Positions 61,092-64,000 of a DNA stretch of 64,000 nucleotides are shown here, in pieces. The notes below the pieces were generated by a model that was not told the origin of the DNA, did not search any database, and worked only from the letters and a program-made list of their open reading frames with translations. The translations under genes and the position numbers were made by a program. The DNA is from Bradymonadia bacterium (GTDB taxonomy: Bacteria; Myxococcota_A; Bradymonadia; UBA7976; UBA1532): NCBI GenBank assembly GCA_046290225.1, contig JBKAGE010000042.1, positions 43,299 to 107,298 of the forward strand. Direction: 5' to 3'. The first letter of the stretch is position 1, and every line of letters starts with the position of its first letter.

Positions 61092-63821
61092 ATGCGCAAC
61101 CATCGCGCCCTCTGTGGTGCTTTCATTGCCACGCTGGCCCTGAGCGCCTCTGCCGAAGCCGCTGATCACACCTGTGTGATCCAGGGCGAAGGGCAGGTGC
61201 GTTGTTTCGGCGCCAATGACTCCGGCCAGCTCGGCCTCGGCGACACGGAGAGCCGCGGTACTCAGAACACACCGGTGGATGGAGGCCTCGAACCGGTGGC
61301 CTTGCCAGGTGGTGCTCTGGCCACGGCGGTCACCCTCGGCGCAGAGCACACCTGTGCCCTCACCGGTGACGGCGCGGTCTACTGCTGGGGCGAAAACGCC
61401 CACGGTCAGCTCGGCCTCGGTGACACTGAGGCTCGAGGTGATGGCCCCAACGAGATGGGTGATGATCTGTCGGCGCTGAGGCTCGGCGGCGCAGCCACTC
61501 AAATTTCGGCAGGCCGCACGCACACCTGCGCATTGCTGAGTACCGGAGCGGTGAAGTGCTGGGGTGGCAACAGCAGCGGGCAACTCGGTCTCGGCGATAC
61601 AGCAGATCGAGGCGACGACGGCGACGAGGCAGAGAACCTACCCACTGTCGATCTCGGCCCAGGTGTCACGGTCACGCACGTTCACGCCGGCGCTGAGCAC
61701 ACCTGCGCGCTGCTGAGCACGGGTGGGGTGAAGTGCTGGGGCGCCAACACATACGGACAGCTCGGCCTGGGTGACGTGGCCGATCGTGGTGATGACGCCA
61801 ACGAGATGGGCACCAGTCTGCCCACCATCGACGTGGGCGGCGCGGTCGTGGGCCTCGCCACGGGCGGGCAACACACCTGCGCACTGCTCAACGACGGCAC
61901 AGCCCGCTGCTGGGGCCGCAACACCTTCGGCCAGCTCGGGCTCAACGATCACGCCCACAGAGGGAATGCTCCGGGCGAGATGGGGCCAGACCTCTCCTCG
62001 GTGGCCATCGAAGGCACCATCGTCGCCCTCACGGCGGGCCATCATCACACCTGTGCCCAACTCGAAGACGCCAGCATCGTGTGCTTCGGCGAGAACGGCT
62101 TTGGTCAGCTCGGCCTCGGCGATACAGAGGCTCGGGGTGGCACAGGGCAGCCCATCGAGCCTGGTGAGACGGTGAGCCTCGGTGAGCAGGGGCAGGTGAT
62201 CAGCGCTCTGGGCCTGCACACCTGTGCGCTCCTGGAGTCGGACCAGCTCAAATGCTGGGGCAGAAACGATGCTGGGCAGCTCGGCCTCAACGACGACAAT
62301 GATCGCGGCGACGAAGATGCGGAGATGGGCAACGATCTCCCTGCGGTGTCTCTGCCCGACGCCCCACTGTTGTCACTGCCTGATCAACCGCTGATGAGCT
62401 GCCTCGACGCCGATGCTGACGATCTCTGTGACGAGGTGGACCCCTGCCCCATCGACCCGACGAACGACGCCGACGACGACGGTGTCTGTCAGGATGTCGA
62501 CAACTGCCCGAACCTGCCCAACCCGGATCAGGTGGACAACAACGGCGACGGCATCGGCGATGCGTGCCTCAGCCCCGAGGCTCAGGTCGATCCCACGGCA
62601 ACCCTCAGCGACGGTGTGATCCTCGGCGACGAGGCGGTGATCGGCGCCTACGCTCAAGTCGGCGCCAATGCTGTCATCCACGGCACACTGGGTGAGAGTG
62701 CGGCGGTGGGCGCTGGTGTGGTCGTAGGCACTGGTGCGGTGGTGGAAGACGGCGCTCGTCTCGGAGACAACGTAGGCGTCGGCGTGAACGCCACGGTGGG
62801 GGTACTGGCCACCGTGGGCTCGGGGGTGATCCTCGGTGACGACAGCGCGGTGGGCGCTCAAGCTCGAGTCAACGCCAACACTCAACTGGGCCCCGGCAGC
62901 TCTGTAGGCACCCTGGCGTCGGTGGGCGCCGACAGCACGTTGGGCACGAACGCTCACATACACGACAACAGCCGCGTGGGCCCTCGAGCTTCGCTGGCTG
63001 ACAACAGCGCAATCGAAGGCAACAACCGCGTGGGCGCAGATCTCACCCTTGGTGCTGGCGCTTCGATCGGGCCCAACAGCATCGTCGGCGATGGGGTGAC
63101 CATCGGCGCGGGCAGCATCCTACGAGACTACGTCACGGTGGCCGATGGCCTCACGATGGGCGTGGGCTCGGAGCTGGCCAGCGGCGCGTCGACGGGTGTG
63201 GACGTGTCCATCGGTGACGACTGCGAGATCAGAGGCGCGCTGGGTGATCGGGCCCGCCTGGCCCATCGCGTCTTCGTCGGCAACCAGAGCGTCGTGGGCG
63301 AGGACTGTACGCTCGACGACGATGTGTCGGTGTCCCTCTTCGCTCAACTGGGCCCACGCTGTGTCCTCGCAACGGCTGCAGCGGTGTACGACGGGGCCAC
63401 CCTCGGCGCGGACAGCCGCCTGGGCACCCAGAGCCTCGTCCTGTTCCGCTCGGCGCTGGGTCAAGGCGCGCGGGTGGGTGACGACGTGATCATCGACGAG
63501 CAGGTGGTCATCGGCGATGGCTTCCAGATGGGCAACTTGAGCCGCATCTGGCCTTTTGTGGAGGTGGGCCACGAGGTCACCCTCGGCGAAGGGGTCCTGG
63601 TCCGTGACTCCTCGAGCCTCGGCGATGGGGTGGTCCTGGAGGACGGTGTGGTGCTGTACCCCAACACCGACGTGGGCACGCTGGCCATCGTCCGCGCAGA
63701 TGTGAGCGTGGGCGCGGAGGAGTGCGAGCGCCGCCGCTGCGGTGAGGTGGTCATCGGCGCCTGCCAAGATGTGGAGGAGCCTCTCCCCCCTGCCGCCGAG
63801 CTCCCCGACGTGTGTGACTAG
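61092..63821 (+). CDS. Secreted protein with RCC1 repeats, TSP3-like Ca-binding repeats and a long left-handed beta-helix
   Basis: Repeated HTCALL..G.VKCWG.N..GQLGLGD; DNCP..PNPDQ.D; hexapeptide (V/I/L)G repeats. Confidence 0.85.
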   Translation: MRNHRALCGAFIATLALSASAEAADHTCVIQGEGQVRCFGANDSGQLGLGDTESRGTQNTPVDGGLEPVALPGGALATAVTLGAEHTCALTGDGAVYCWGENAHGQLGLGDTEARGDGPNEMGDDLSALRLGGAATQISAGRTHTCALLSTGAVKCWGGNSSGQLGLGDTADRGDDGDEAENLPTVDLGPGVTVTHVHAGAEHTCALLSTGGVKCWGANTYGQLGLGDVADRGDDANEMGTSLPTIDVGGAVVGLATGGQHTCALLNDGTARCWGRNTFGQLGLNDHAHRGNAPGEMGPDLSSVAIEGTIVALTAGHHHTCAQLEDASIVCFGENGFGQLGLGDTEARGGTGQPIEPGETVSLGEQGQVISALGLHTCALLESDQLKCWGRNDAGQLGLNDDNDRGDEDAEMGNDLPAVSLPDAPLLSLPDQPLMSCLDADADDLCDEVDPCPIDPTNDADDDGVCQDVDNCPNLPNPDQVDNNGDGIGDACLSPEAQVDPTATLSDGVILGDEAVIGAYAQVGANAVIHGTLGESAAVGAGVVVGTGAVVEDGARLGDNVGVGVNATVGVLATVGSGVILGDDSAVGAQARVNANTQLGPGSSVGTLASVGADSTLGTNAHIHDNSRVGPRASLADNSAIEGNNRVGADLTLGAGASIGPNSIVGDGVTIGAGSILRDYVTVADGLTMGVGSELASGASTGVDVSIGDDCEIRGALGDRARLAHRVFVGNQSVVGEDCTLDDDVSVSLFAQLGPRCVLATAAAVYDGATLGADSRLGTQSLVLFRSALGQGARVGDDVIIDEQVVIGDGFQMGNLSRIWPFVEVGHEVTLGEGVLVRDSSSLGDGVVLEDGVVLYPNTDVGTLAIVRADVSVGAEECERRRCGEVVIGACQDVEEPLPPAAELPDVCD

Positions 63822-64000
63822 CTCCGGCGCTTTTGCTCCGCCGCTACGGCGGCGTCAGCCGGCGTGAGGCCCACGATTTCACGCACGGGCGTCACGAAAA
63901 ACCACTCGCCGTAGCCTCCGGCTCTGATCGTCCTACACATTTTGGTTGGTATCGTTGAGCCTAATTGGCGAATGCGAGTACTGGTGCCAAAGAGGTGTAG

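Overview
GC-rich bacterial chromosomal window, most likely Myxococcota or related, based on an MXAN_5187-type protein, many Gly/Cys-rich lipoproteins and a Ser/Thr kinase-FGE fusion. It carries housekeeping and accessory genes: the prkA-yhbH-spoVR operon (spoVR has a LAGLIDADG intein), an S1 paralog, apbE, ttcA-nfuA, xseAB-ispA-tlyA, GT2/GT87, a Fur-boxed imelysin/di-heme/HTTM iron operon and msrB. There are two copies of a MITE and remnants resembling an FtsH-ternary conflict system. The most striking element is a minus-strand array of 7 atypical tRNAs (Asp x2, Glu x2, Gln x2, Phe, plus a Glu pseudogene). It is preceded by a sigma70-like promoter, an unannotated 32-codon leader ORF in which 17 of 32 codons are Phe/Asp/Glu/Gln, and a terminator/antiterminator pair. 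This looks like a ribosome-sensed attenuator controlling a backup tRNA operon. All calls come from reading the sequence by eye; no searches or folding programs were run.
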